Part shown: positions 49,501 to 56,552 of the stretch, piece after piece
How positions within the stretch are numbered: the first letter of the stretch is position 1
How the letters are laid out: each line of letters begins with the position of its first letter
Assembly: GCA_030637025.1 (NCBI GenBank)
Contig: DAOVVV010000003.1
Location: 9,672 to 73,671, forward strand
Source of the DNA: Clostridia bacterium
GTDB taxonomy: Bacteria; CBDUZB01; JAGLHV01
Reading direction: 5' to 3'
DNA: 64,000 bases
Notes under the pieces: model-generated
Told to the model about the DNA's origin: nothing
Database searches by the model: none
Seen by the model: the letters and a program-made list of their open reading frames with translations, nothing else
Translations under genes and position numbers: made by a program

Positions 49501-51911
49501 ATACTTAAAGTCGGCTGATAAACAATGTTCCCCTTATACTCTGTACTCCCATTTATACGTATATCCCCAATTTTAAAAGATGTAAAATCAGCGGTTAATT
49601 TAATATTGTTTTCTGACTCTGACTGGTTATATAACGCAATCGCTCCCCAAAGCAATACTTGTCCGTTTTTTTGGCCAAGGGACAAGTTGTTTATTTTAAG
49701 TATTTGATTTTCCATAAAGAAATCCAGTTTTAGTTTCTCTAAAGACACTTTCTTAAAATCCGCTAAAGGGGATAAATTTATTTTACCCTCTATTTTCAAC
49801 TTTTTAAAATCACGGAAAGATCCGTTAAGAGTTACTGCCCCTGTTAATTCAGTCTCGTTATTTATGTTTAAATCAGGAAGGTTTAATAAAGAAAGAAACA
49901 TCTTAGCCTTTGCCCGGTCAGCTATTAATTCTGCTTCACCTGTATTCTCTCCGTTCAATTTCATCTTGAAAACACCGGAATAATTATTTAACTTAAAAGA
50001 AGTAATTTGTAAAACATCTTTGTTCAACTGTATATGGGCATTAAAGGTCGAACTGTTTCCGGCAATCATCAAATTCGAACTAAATAACCTGCCGCTGAGA
50101 AAAGGGTCCCTTAATTTACCCTTTATTCTGCCTTTGAAATCAAATTCTCCCTCTATATCATGAAAATATTTCTTTAAATAAGGTAATTCTTTTCCTTCAA
50201 TTTTTTCAGCGGTCAATTTAAGATTAACTTGTTTCTCGTTTCCCCTCGACATATCACCCGTAATATTTATTTTCCCTTTATTGGACATTACAATTTTAAA
50301 TTCATTTATTTTAACTTTTTCCTCAGTCAATTTTATCCGGCTTCTAATTTGATAACGTTGATTATCTGTTTTTCCCGTAATTTCCAAGTATTTATTGTCA
50401 TATTTAAAACCTGCCCTCAAGGTTTTAAATTTTTCTTCTTTCATATCTAAGTCAAATAAACTTATTTTCCCACTTATCCGGGGAGATAATAAAGAGCCCT
50501 TCGTTTTCAAATAAAAATTACTTATTCCTTTGATTTTCCCTAAGCCTAACAGTTTACTTAAAAAATTAAGCTCTATATTCTTTGCATAAATAAAAAATTC
50601 CGGGTTTTCAACAAAAGAAGGGAAATTAAAATCCAATACTCCATCCGCATAAACTTCCCCCTCTCCTATCTGGAAAGAAAAATTAGATAAATTAAAAACA
50701 TTTTTATTATATCGAAAATCGATGATTAAATTATCTACAGGGGTCCCATTTATCCTGCTTTTTTTTCCTTTCATTTCACCCGCAAAAACAAGATTGGAAG
50801 TACTGCCCTTAACCTTAAGATCTATTTCACCTTTACCTTCCAGTTTTATTCTCTCTAAATATTTTTCCTGAACAAATAATTTAGGAAACAAAGAAAAATC
50901 AAAATCGGAAGAAATTAATTTTAAATTAAAGTCCGGATTTATTAAAGGCTTTTCTATCCTTCCGGAAAAAGAAAAGGGAGAATCTCCTACATCTAAAGTC
51001 AACCGGGAAACTTCAATTTTCTTATTATTAAAAATCAATTTCCCATTTATATTAGAAAGGTTATCCGGATACGGATCAATTTTTACTATTCCCTTTTTAA
51101 CATTAATTGTACCGTCAAAAATCATCTTTTTTAAAAATTCTTTTTTTAGGGGAAAAGTTCCTTTTATGAAAAAATTTAAATCTAATTTTCCCTCAAGAAA
51201 TTTTACTCTGGGATCCCATTTTACAAATCTTGTACAATAAGCCGGATCTATTGCTTCTATATCGACTTTTAAGTCAAAATATTTTTTTTCTAAATCTACA
51301 TGCCCGAATAACTTTACTTTCTCTTTAGTATCCCTTTCTCTTTTTAACCAAACATTTCCGGTTATTACTTTATCCCGGTAAAGATTGAATTTCCCCGAAA
51401 CATCCTGAAAAGAAAAATACTTTCCTTCTTCATCTATAAAAAGTTTTCCTTTTTTGAGTATAACTTCTTTAGGCAATAACACAAAAGGAAAGGAACTTTT
51501 GGCAGAAGGAGTTATTTTCCCTATATTCCACTTATTTTCTTTTTTAGAAAGAAAAACCTGGGGAGAAACAATAACCACTCTATTTATCTTACTCTTTTCT
51601 TTTTTATTAAAAATGTGCCAGAAATTATAATAAAAAACTATACGCTTACTTTTTAAAAACACACCCTCTTTAAAATTTCCCGGGTTAGAAACAATAACAT
51701 CTTTTAAAATGATTTTATTAAAAAAATTTGAAGAAATTTTTCCTATATAAACTTCCTGTTTAAGTGTTTTTTCCAAATAGGGAGTGAGTAAAAGGTTTAA
51801 ACTTTGCGATACAATACCTGAATTCTGGAGAAAATAAATCAGTGTCCCTAAAACCAAAGAGATACTTATTATAATCACCCATTTTTTTTTGTTTTTTATC
51901 TTTATTTTCAT
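46542..51911 (-). CDS. tamB: TamB-like translocation and assembly module protein (AsmA-like/DUF490 C-terminus)
   Basis: 1789 aa with an N-terminal anchor helix (WVIIISISLVLGTLIYF). The body is very long, beta-rich and repetitive. The C-terminus is DUF490-like (ITVGKYLSDRFFLGYSMGL...YRLKRSLYIKSVLG). It lies directly upstream of bamA. Confidence 0.85.
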   Translation of the reverse strand: MKIKIKNKKKWVIIISISLVLGTLIYFLQNSGIVSQSLNLLLTPYLEKTLKQEVYIGKISSNFFNKIILKDVIVSNPGNFKEGVFLKSKRIVFYYNFWHIFNKKEKSKINRVVIVSPQVFLSKKENKWNIGKITPSAKSSFPFVLLPKEVILKKGKLFIDEEGKYFSFQDVSGKFNLYRDKVITGNVWLKRERDTKEKVKLFGHVDLEKKYFDLKVDIEAIDPAYCTRFVKWDPRVKFLEGKLDLNFFIKGTFPLKKEFLKKMIFDGTINVKKGIVKIDPYPDNLSNINGKLIFNNKKIEVSRLTLDVGDSPFSFSGRIEKPLINPDFNLKLISSDFDFSLFPKLFVQEKYLERIKLEGKGEIDLKVKGSTSNLVFAGEMKGKKSRINGTPVDNLIIDFRYNKNVFNLSNFSFQIGEGEVYADGVLDFNFPSFVENPEFFIYAKNIELNFLSKLLGLGKIKGISNFYLKTKGSLLSPRISGKISLFDLDMKEEKFKTLRAGFKYDNKYLEITGKTDNQRYQIRSRIKLTEEKVKINEFKIVMSNKGKINITGDMSRGNEKQVNLKLTAEKIEGKELPYLKKYFHDIEGEFDFKGRIKGKLRDPFLSGRLFSSNLMIAGNSSTFNAHIQLNKDVLQITSFKLNNYSGVFKMKLNGENTGEAELIADRAKAKMFLSLLNLPDLNINNETELTGAVTLNGSFRDFKKLKIEGKINLSPLADFKKVSLEKLKLDFFMENQILKINNLSLGQKNGQVLLWGAIALYNQSESENNIKLTADFTSFKIGDIRINGSTEYKGNIVYQPTLSMKGNIQSSDLKLNDKKFKTSSCNIVYKQKTINCTAFNLNKEYKGKLKFDFSENPQVKGDVSVNINEISSLFALLPDKFSKLSIPKGQIKAKFFISGLLSSPEIKAYLHIFRGQFRSIGFSFLSNFLYHQGELKLKTTLLKIGREGKVRILGNVFLKDKSGESKETNLIFNLSKIDLKFLKYFLKAEEKIKLTGIADGVLKLKGSLSVPVLSGDIQGEDVSIESFQIKKLDTKFVLADKKITFSQFSVQKKEGEIVFSPGSYLDFSQSDLWRFQVMPVLKNINLSNISFFGGFCGKGSLKFNPVLQVKAELITDNLWVNNHNFEKENLKISFQENCLDFIPINEKDKYVKGRIDFSNKSVIIFNDVKIYKKEEEIFILDGRLDLEKDKTNLLICGLNEGVEAGTIMEILNIRAFNFTGKSRFNLNLTGNFNAPVFSCNLDIEEGSLSGFKFDNFKSSLFVKEEMIIIDELNITRKNERLLTGSGEIPFVFGPKRQEKNKMKKINISLVLQSKEGLSVLSSFSDKIKKIKGEIEGNIKVGGTLLKPEVKGYLLIDNAEIVSKDVMRKIKKFKVDINLIDEQIQIKKVYGEIGKGNINIWGRIYLKEFFKIEKFDLYLETSKERGIPLSLEDIPIPQNRFFDRLFPNLPSSGEAKISARFYGNSQDYHIDGIADLFNTHFTYPPLPTKKIWEDQGYQKSTQWGFLNRAIWNFQINAVENVWYENKFANVNVRGSIKLKDKTKKIKVSGKVEAIKGDINYVGTNFDIKEAILEFKDGVEYLEGKAETHVQRFESQLNGKGQWTDDIITMVFEKGKLGEVKPVFSSKNFPNTNSEEAMKLAITGVDVDNMAPEDREVFLRKEVLRILDATLASPFIKNVLKRTGWVDVIKVTRKEEKVAQETPLISDSQPSIWNGTTITVGKYLSDRFFLGYSMGLYNKFENKLDLQQEIEMSYRLKRSLYIKSVLGLSEEERKVFLEHQWRFGWQEEKEE

Positions 51912-52233
51912 TGAAAACCAAACCCCTAAATTAAATATTCTTTTTCTTAAAATCCCTTTGACTTATCTATCCACTCTACCCGCAAAATTGCGGATTATAC
52001 GTATCTATAACCAAAATCCGTAATTAGATTTATTTAAGCACCGTCATGTGTCTAAATAAGATTTCTTAACCGACTACTTTTATAAAGGAATTCCAACTTT
52101 ATAGTATATAACATTTTCATAAATAAATCAAATTTTCAAGGAAAATAAAAAATTGGATACTGCGGATTTTAAGATTGGTAACCAGCCAGGGACAAAGTAT
52201 GAATTTTTTACGTTTTATTACTCATATGTCCGG

Positions 52234-53190
52234 TTATTGACCTGGATTTTTTAAGCCTGTTTTAACCGCTGGTAAGTATTCCCCTGCCCGGTAAGAACTA
52301 CGCACATAAGGGCCACTAACTACATAAAGGAAACCCATTGATTTTGCTTTGTTCTGATAATAAGTAAATTCCCGGGGATGAAAATATTTCTTTACCGGAT
52401 AATGCTGCAAAGTAGGAGCCAAATATTGCCCGATACTTAAAAAATCACATCCTGCCCGACGTAAGTTGGAAAAAGCACTCAAGACCTCTTCTTCTTCTTC
52501 CCCTAAACCCAACATCAGTGATGATTTTGTATAAATTTGAGGATTAAAATCCTTAACTTTTTCTAAAAGAGTAAGTGTTCTAAAATAATCCGCTCCTTGA
52601 CGCAAATCTTGATACAAACGGGGAACAGTTTCTAGATTATGGCCAATAATGTCCGGTTTTGCCCGGACAACGATTCTAAGAGCATCTTCGTTCCCTCCAA
52701 AATCAGGAATAAGAACTTCTATGGTAACTTTTTTTTCTTTTGTTTGTCGGCGAATACTAAAAATAGTCCGGGCATAAATATCCGCTCCACCATCAGCAAG
52801 GTCATCCCTGGTAACACTGGTAATTACTATATGTTTTAATTTAAGCCGGGCTACTGCCTGAGCAACCCTTTTTGGTTCTTCTTCATCAGGAGCAGAAGGA
52901 ATCCCCTTATCTACATTACAAAACATACATCCACGAGTACAAGTCTTACCCAGTATAAGAAAAGTTGCTTCTCCCCGGGAAAAACACTCTGAAATATTAG
53001 GACAGGCAGCTTCCTGGCAAACAGAATGCAAATTTAAATCACTAATTAAACTCTTTATCTGCCTACAATCATTAAAATTAATTTTTTTATTCAACCACTC
53101 CGGCTTCCTGATATACACAGTAAACCCCGCTTTCCAAACTAAAATTTTGATAAAAGACAGGCACAAAGGCATCAAGGCACTGAGGCACAA
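52234..53190 (-). CDS. lipA: lipoyl synthase
   Basis: CQEAACPNISECF and the radical-SAM motif CTRGCMFCNV are present. The ORF-track start (TTG 53190) lies inside an AGGCAC repeat module. ATG 53172 or GTG 53118 (VYIRKPEWL) are more plausible starts. Confidence 0.92.
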   Translation of the reverse strand: MCLSALMPLCLSFIKILVWKAGFTVYIRKPEWLNKKINFNDCRQIKSLISDLNLHSVCQEAACPNISECFSRGEATFLILGKTCTRGCMFCNVDKGIPSAPDEEEPKRVAQAVARLKLKHIVITSVTRDDLADGGADIYARTIFSIRRQTKEKKVTIEVLIPDFGGNEDALRIVVRAKPDIIGHNLETVPRLYQDLRQGADYFRTLTLLEKVKDFNPQIYTKSSLMLGLGEEEEEVLSAFSNLRRAGCDFLSIGQYLAPTLQHYPVKKYFHPREFTYYQNKAKSMGFLYVVSGPYVRSSYRAGEYLPAVKTGLKNPGQ

Positions 53191-53198
53191 AGTTAAAA
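53155..53198. repeat. AGGCAC-word module (AGACAGGCACAAAGGCATCAAGGCACTGAGGCACAAAGTTAAAA), copy 1
   Basis: It occurs as a direct repeat at 53305..53340 and inverted at 26096..26124. Confidence 0.85.
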
Positions 53199-53304
53199 AA
53201 TAAACATTAGTCCATAGATAACAAAAACAGACAAATCCTAAATTCGAATATCTAAATACTAAACAAATTCTAAATCCAAAATACTAAATTCAAAACAAAG
53301 ACAA

Positions 53305-53340
53305 AGACAGGCACAAAGGCACAAAGGCACAAAGTTAAAG
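53305..53340. repeat. AGGCAC-word module, copy 2
   Basis: AGACAGGCACAAAGGCACAAAGGCACAAAGTTAAAG was read directly from the sequence. Confidence 0.85.
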
Positions 53341-53356
53341 ACTAAAGGCAAGAATG

Positions 53357-53400
53357 AAGGCGAAATGTGTTTCGAACGATTTAGCGAATTTTAGCAAAAA
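53357..53400. repeat. left arm of the 158-nt palindromic element (solo half copy)
   Basis: AAGGCGAAATGTGTTTCGAACGATTTAGCGAATTTTAGCAAAAA aligns with 28554..28597 and 54938..54981. Confidence 0.75.
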
Positions 53401-53453
53401 TAAACGTTTTCAAACCGCTTTTTTTAAAACCTCAATTTAATCAATTTAAACTT

Positions 53454-53580
53454 CCAACTCATATATCTGTTGTCTTTATTCCGTTGTCTATGGACTATCG
53501 ACTGTGGACTATGGACTATTTTGTTTTTACGTGCCCGCAGGGTAAAATTATGCGTCCAGAGAGAAACATACTTTGCCTTT
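53454..53580. repeat. 127-nt block duplicated at 59612..59736 (includes the 33-nt WORD repeat 53485..53517 and the right arm 53531..53580 of the palindromic element)
   Basis: The first 69 nt (53454..53522) are identical to 59612..59680. The remainder differs by a 2-nt T-run indel and a few substitutions. Confidence 0.9.
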
Positions 53581-53611
53581 ATTCTACTCCTCCCCTTTTA
53601 ATCTCTAGAAT

Positions 53612-53702
53612 AAAGGTAAAATATGTTTCGAACGATTTAGCGAATTTTTCGAGTAAGGCAACCCTTTGAGTCTTTCGGGCGACCAAGGGTCGCCCCTACA
53701 TT
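53612..53702. repeat. left arm of the palindromic element (53612..53648) followed by the GC hairpin module (53662..53702)
   Basis: AAAGGTAAAATATGTTTCGAACGATTTAGCGAATTTT is followed by CCCTTTGAGTCTTTCGGGCGACCAAGGGTCGCCCCTACATT. Confidence 0.8.
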
Positions 53703-53758
53703 ATACCTTTTCCTTTTATCCTTTAACCAATCTAACTAATAAAACCAATCTGAACCAA

Positions 53759-54574
53759 TTAAACTGTCTTTCTATAAACATTCCATTCTTCCCCACTATA
53801 TTTTGTTTCCCTTAAGTCCTGTGCCAATTTTTTTTCCTCAAAACTTAGTTCTTCTTCCCTTAAATTAACCGAAAAAGTCTCCCGGAAAGATTCTATAAGT
53901 TTAAGTTGTATCTCATTAAAACTTACTTCTTTTCCCATTACTTCGGATAGGGAACATATTCTTTTTTTTATTCTTCCCGATTTTTTTTTTAAAAAAGGAG
54001 TAACCTCATCTATATTTAATTTTAAAGGAATTGACCCATGTTGAAAAATCAAACCCTTTCGCCTTTTTTGCGCATTACCCCCTATTTTTTTTCCATTAAT
54101 AAGAATATCATATTCCTCTTTGGAAGCAAAACAAAAGCTGGAAGGTTTTCCTAATTTTTCACCTTCTACTTTACCCTCTACGGCAAAATATGCCTCTATG
54201 CCCAATTTTTTATACATATTAATTAAAAAAGAACAGATTGTTTTATAGGAACCTTTTACCCCGGGAAGCATCTCCATTTCTTCCCGGGAACAAATAAAAC
54301 TATAAGTTACTTCCTGATGATGAAAAATTATTCCTCCACCGGTTATTCTTCTTACGAAATTAATACCCTGCCGGGTACATCTCTCTATATCCAGTTCTTG
54401 CCGGACATCCTGAAAATAACCCAGGGAAAAGGCAGGAGGATTCCACCCGTAAATCCTCAGCGTTGGAAGTGTATTCCCTCTATAATGTTCCATCAAGAGC
54501 GCCTCATCTATAGCCATATTATTATAAAGGTCACTAAATCCTGTTTGAATTAACCGCCACTTTTTATTTTTCAT
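53759..54574 (-). CDS. lipoate-protein ligase family protein (LplA catalytic domain / LipM-type octanoyltransferase)
   Basis: 271 aa with RRITGGGIIFHH and the catalytic-Lys region NGKKIGGNAQKRR. It lacks the LplA C-terminal accessory domain and lies between lipA and the gcv genes. Confidence 0.85.
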   Translation of the reverse strand: MKNKKWRLIQTGFSDLYNNMAIDEALLMEHYRGNTLPTLRIYGWNPPAFSLGYFQDVRQELDIERCTRQGINFVRRITGGGIIFHHQEVTYSFICSREEMEMLPGVKGSYKTICSFLINMYKKLGIEAYFAVEGKVEGEKLGKPSSFCFASKEEYDILINGKKIGGNAQKRRKGLIFQHGSIPLKLNIDEVTPFLKKKSGRIKKRICSLSEVMGKEVSFNEIQLKLIESFRETFSVNLREEELSFEEKKLAQDLRETKYSGEEWNVYRKTV

Positions 54575-54780
54575 TTTATTTTTTTTATCTCTTTCGTAAA
54601 TAAATTGAAAACAGATTTAGTCCATAGTCCATAGACTAAAAAATAAATTCAAAATTAAAAATTCAAAACAAAGGACAAAAATAAAAACATATTTAGTCCA
54701 TAGATAAAAACAAAAGACTGTAAATGGTAAATAGCAAAAGAAAAAAAACTAAGATATAAATAAGGAATAAAGATAATTCG

Positions 54781-54840
54781 CGTAGGGGTGGGTTTGCCCA
54801 CCCTTTGAGTCTTTCGGGCGACCAAGGGTCGCCCCTACAT
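54781..54840. repeat. GC hairpin module, double (inverted-duplicate) copy
   Basis: The sequence is CGTAGGGGTGGGTTTGCCCACCCTTTGAGTCTTTCGGGCGACCAAGGGTCGCCCCTACAT. The GGGCGACC-AAG-GGTCGCCC hairpin is the same as at 53662..53702 and 59574..59606. Confidence 0.85.
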
Positions 54841-54863
54841 TTAAATAACTAGCCTGTTTTTGC

Positions 54864-54913
54864 GTGTCCGAAGGGTAAAATTATGCGTCCAGAGAGAAAC
54901 ATATTTTGGCTTT
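54864..54913. repeat. right arm of the palindromic element (solo half copy)
   Basis: The sequence is GTGTCCGAAGGGTAAAATTATGCGTCCAGAGAGAAACATATTTTGGCTTT. Confidence 0.8.
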
Positions 54914-54937
54914 ATTAAACACCTATAAACAAAAAAT

Positions 54938-55095
54938 AAAGGTAAAATGTGTTTCGAACGATATAGCAAATTTTAGTAAAAATAAGCGTTAAAAAAATAA
55001 GCATGTCTGAGCAAAGCGAGTTGCTTATTTTTAGCTTATTTTTGCGTGCCCGAAGGGTAAAATTATGCGTCCAGAGAGAAACATATTTTGACTTT
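54938..55095. repeat. 158-nt palindromic (MITE-like or structured-RNA) element, full copy 2
   Basis: It has the same length and architecture as 28554..28711. Terminal arms are 54938..54955 and 55078..55095, inner arms 54976..54986 and 55035..55045, and the central hairpin ATAAGC/GCTTAT is at 54997..55002 and 55023..55028. Confidence 0.85.
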
Positions 55096-55106
55096 ATTCA
55101 ACAACC

Positions 55107-56552
55107 TTATTTTTCCCATTTTAAATTGAGTTCGCGTGCTGCTTTAGTCTCATCAAGCCTTAAAACAGGAGTAGTCAAAGGAGCTTCTTTTATTTTTTCA
55201 GGATGCTTTTTAGCTAATTCGGCAATCTCAATCATTACCTCAATAAATTTATCCAGTGTTTCTTTTGATTCTGTTTCAGTAGGTTCAATCATAATAGATT
55301 CTTTTACACTAATCGGAAAATATATTGTCGGAGGATGAAATCCTTTATCAATTAAATATTTAGCAATATCTACGGCACGCACACCTTTTTTAACCTGCCG
55401 CAAAGCACTGCATACGCATTCATGCATACAAATTTTCTGATAAGGAATATCATAATAATTCTTTAGCCGGGTTCTACAATAATTGGCATTAAGTACAGCA
55501 ATATCACTAACCTCTATTAAACCCGCCTTTCCCAGAAGCAATATATAGGCATAAGTTTTCAAAATTACCAGAAAATTACCATAAAAAGGAGCAACAGAAC
55601 CTATTGATTTTTTATAATTATACTTTAATTTAAACATTCCCTTTGAATCTTGTACTACCCGGGGCACAGGTAAAAAAGAAGAAAGCTCCCTGGTCACACC
55701 TACCGGCCCTGATCCCGGACCACCCCCTCCATGAGGAGTAGCAAATGTCTTATGTAAATTCAAATGTACTACATCAAAACCAATATCACCGGGTCTACAT
55801 TTACCTAATATTGCATTAAAATTTGCGCCGTCATAATAAACAAGGGCATCTACACTATGGGCTAAATCGGTAATTTCTTTTATTCGGGAATTAAAAAGCC
55901 CTAAAGTATTAGGACAGGTTAGCATAACCCCTGCTACTTCCGAATTTAATCTGTTTTTAAATTCTTTCATATCCATATAGCCCTGACTATCCGTAGGAAT
56001 AACAATTATTTCATAACCCAGTAAACCGGCACTAGCAGGATTAGTTCCATGTGAAGAATCCGGAACAATTATATACTTTTTTTTGTTCCTTTTTTTTCTA
56101 TGATAAGCAGCAATTAGGAGTAATCCTGTAAATTCTCCATGTGCCCCAGCCAAAGGCTGCATAGTAAATTCATCCATTCCGGTAATTTCAGAAAGTAACC
56201 TTTCCGTACGATAAATAACTTCTAAAGCACCCTGTACAAATTTTTCTCCGGAATAAATTTGGGGAAATAAAGGATGTAAACCTGTAAAACCTTCCAGAGC
56301 GGCAGCCTCTTCGGTAAATTTAGGATTATACTTCATCGTACAAGAACCTAAAGGATAAAAATGAGTATCTACACAAAAATTCAATCTGGAAAGATTAGTA
56401 AAATGCCTTACCACATCTAATTCGGATACTTCAGGTAAAAAAGGTTCTTCCGTACGTAAATATTTTTCTTCTATTTTCTGTTGGGGAACATCAAAATCCG
56501 GTATTTTTATTCCCCGTCGCCCTTTTTCACTTTTTTCAAAAATCAGTTGCAT
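55107..56552 (-). CDS. gcvPB: glycine dehydrogenase (decarboxylating) subunit 2
   Basis: 481 aa with the PLP-lysine region NLHKTFATPHGGGGPG. It has a 10-nt overlap with gcvPA. Confidence 0.93.
   Translation of the reverse strand: MQLIFEKSEKGRRGIKIPDFDVPQQKIEEKYLRTEEPFLPEVSELDVVRHFTNLSRLNFCVDTHFYPLGSCTMKYNPKFTEEAAALEGFTGLHPLFPQIYSGEKFVQGALEVIYRTERLLSEITGMDEFTMQPLAGAHGEFTGLLLIAAYHRKKRNKKKYIIVPDSSHGTNPASAGLLGYEIIVIPTDSQGYMDMKEFKNRLNSEVAGVMLTCPNTLGLFNSRIKEITDLAHSVDALVYYDGANFNAILGKCRPGDIGFDVVHLNLHKTFATPHGGGGPGSGPVGVTRELSSFLPVPRVVQDSKGMFKLKYNYKKSIGSVAPFYGNFLVILKTYAYILLLGKAGLIEVSDIAVLNANYCRTRLKNYYDIPYQKICMHECVCSALRQVKKGVRAVDIAKYLIDKGFHPPTIYFPISVKESIMIEPTETESKETLDKFIEVMIEIAELAKKHPEKIKEAPLTTPVLRLDETKAARELNLKWEK

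Noticed and set aside
52103-52131. Sigma70-like promoter on the minus strand upstream of tamB: TTGATT (52126..52131), a 17-nt spacer and TATACT (52103..52108).
   Set aside because: Hexamer matches of this quality are expected by chance in ~30% GC DNA, and no supporting evidence is available. For the same reason I did not assign promoters in the divergent spacer 20045..20341.
53484-53669. Plus-strand ORFs lying in repeat spacers (53484..53669, 55003..55338, 59628..59870) as candidate small proteins.
   Set aside because: They are translations of the shared repeat modules. The reading frame is not conserved between copies: a 2-nt T-run indel shifts TCPQGKIMRPERN/VCPKGKIMRLEKN relative to LRARRVKLCVQRE. 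No RBS is present, and 55003..55338 runs antisense into gcvPB.
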